Assembly (NCBI GenBank): GCA_964016885.1
Contig: OZ024760.1
Coordinates: 2,852,001-2,916,000 of the forward strand
Direction of reading: 5' to 3'
Source of the DNA: Eledone cirrhosa
Taxonomy: Eukaryota
Length of the DNA: 64,000 nucleotides
Under the pieces are notes generated by a model, which had not been told where the DNA came from, did not search any database, and was given only the letters and a program-made list of their open reading frames with translations. A program made the translations under genes and the position numbers. How positions within the stretch are numbered: the first letter of the stretch is position 1; each line of letters opens with the position of its first letter. Below are positions 62,504-64,000 of this stretch, piece by piece.

Positions 62504-64000
62504 GTGATAGTGGTGGTGGTGTTGGTAATTGTGGTGGTTGCAGTGGTGGTGGTGGTGGTGGTGTTAGTGACTGTTGTGATGATGGTAGTGGTGGTATTGG
62601 TGACTGTGGTGATGATGGTAGTGGTGGTGATTGTGACTGTGGTGATGATGATGTTGGTGGTGATTGTGATGGTGGTGGTGGTGGTAGTGATGATGGTGGC
62701 GGTGGTGGTGGTGGTGGTGGTGGTAATGATGGTGGTGGTAGTGCTGATGGTGGTGGTGGTGTTGGTGTTGGTGGTGATTGTGGTGGTGATGGTTATGATG
62801 GTGGCGGTGGTGATGATGGTGATGGTGGTGGTGTTGGTGGTGATGATGGTGATGGTGGTGGTGTTGGTGGTGATGATGGTGATGGTGGTGGTGTTGGTGG
62901 TGTTTGTGGTGATTGTAGTCGTGATGGTTGTGATGGTGGTGGTGGTGGTGGTGGCGATGATGGTGATGGTGGTGGTATTGGTGGTGATGATGGTATTGGT
63001 GGTGTTGGTGACTGTGGTGATGATGGTAGTGGTGGTGGTGTTGGTGGGGATTGTGGTGGTGATGGTTATGATGGTGGTGGTGGTGATGATGGTGATGGTG
63101 GTGGTGTTGGTGGTGATGATGGTATTGGTGGTGATTGTAGTGGTGATGGTTGTGATGGTGGTGGTGGTGCTGGTGGCGATGATGGTGGTGTTGGTGGTGA
63201 TGATGGTATCGGTGGTGTTGGTGACTGTGGTGATGATGGTTAGTGGTGGTGGTGTTGGTGGTGATTGTAGTGGTGATGGTTGTGATGGTGGTGGTGGTGG
63301 TGGTGGCGATGATGGTGATGGTGGTGGTGGTGGTGGTGTTGGTGGTGATTGTAGTGGTGATGGTATTGGTGGTGTTGGTGACTGTGGTGATGATGGTAGT
63401 GGTGGTGGTGTTGGTGGGGATTGTGGTGGTGATGGTTATGATGGTGGTGGTGGTGGTAATGATGGTGGTGGTGTTGGTGGTGATGATGGTAGTGGTGATG
63501 TTGGTGGTGATTGTAGTGGTGATGGTTGTGATGGTGGCGGTGGTGGTGGTGGCAATGATGGTGATGGTGGTGGTGTTGGTGGTGATGATGGTATTGGTGG
63601 TGTTGGTGACTGTGGTGATGATGGTAGTGGTGGTGTTGTTGGTGGTGATTGTAGTCGTGATGGTTGTGATGGTGGCGGTGGTGGTGGTGGCGATGATGGT
63701 GATGGTGGTGGTGTTGGTGGTGATGATGGTATTGGTGGTGTTGGTGACTGTGGTGATGATGGTAGTGGTGGTGTTGGTGGTGATGATGGTATTGGTGGTG
63801 TTGGTGACTGTGGTGATGATGGTAGTGGTGGTGTTGGTGGTGATGATGGTATTGGTGGTGTTGGTGACTGTGGTGATGATGGTATTGGTGGTGTTGGTGA
63901 CTGTCGTGATGATGGTTAGTGGTGGTGGTGTTGGTGGTGATTGTAGTGGTGATGGTTGTGATGGTGGTGGTGGTGATGATGGTGATGGTGGTGGTATTGG
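62504..64000. repeat. (GGT/GAT)n compound microsatellite ending in 45-bp units
   Basis: Direct inspection; unit GGTGATGATGGTATTGGTGGTGTTGGTGACTGTGGTGATGATGGT near the window end. Confidence 0.9.

Noticed and set aside
62504-63919. Val/Met- or Gly/Asp-rich ORFs, and the His-rich ORFs at 2.5, 41 and 48 kb
   Set aside because: Trinucleotide microsatellite translations that are open in several frames on both strands

Overview
This is an AT-rich, repeat-dominated animal genomic window. The SINE repertoire and the extreme (TA)n/(GAT)n/(GGT)n density suggest a coleoid cephalopod such as an octopus; that is an inference from pattern recognition, not a database result. Nearly all long ORFs in the track are translations of satellites or microsatellites. 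The only unambiguous protein-coding sequence is a 5'-truncated CR1-like LINE reverse transcriptase with no stops (17199-18677), inserted into a 30-bp satellite. The rest is a mosaic of tRNA-derived SINEs, RTE- and Tx1-like LINE 3' fragments, two TTAA-flanked piggyBac-type MITE families, and tandem arrays (48, 38, 30, 49, 99, 123 and 28 bp), most of which visibly derive from pieces of these elements. Several fold-back elements sit inside (TA)n tracts, and two such inserts carry minimal type-I hammerhead-ribozyme motifs like those of Penelope-like elements. A few small unique islands with good splice signals on the + strand (2080-2146, 55607-55660, 57887-57943, 59879-60003) can be joined in phase into the N-terminus of an unidentified host protein, which would make most of the window one ~53-kb intron. 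All coordinates and copy numbers were counted by eye and are approximate to within a few bases or copies.
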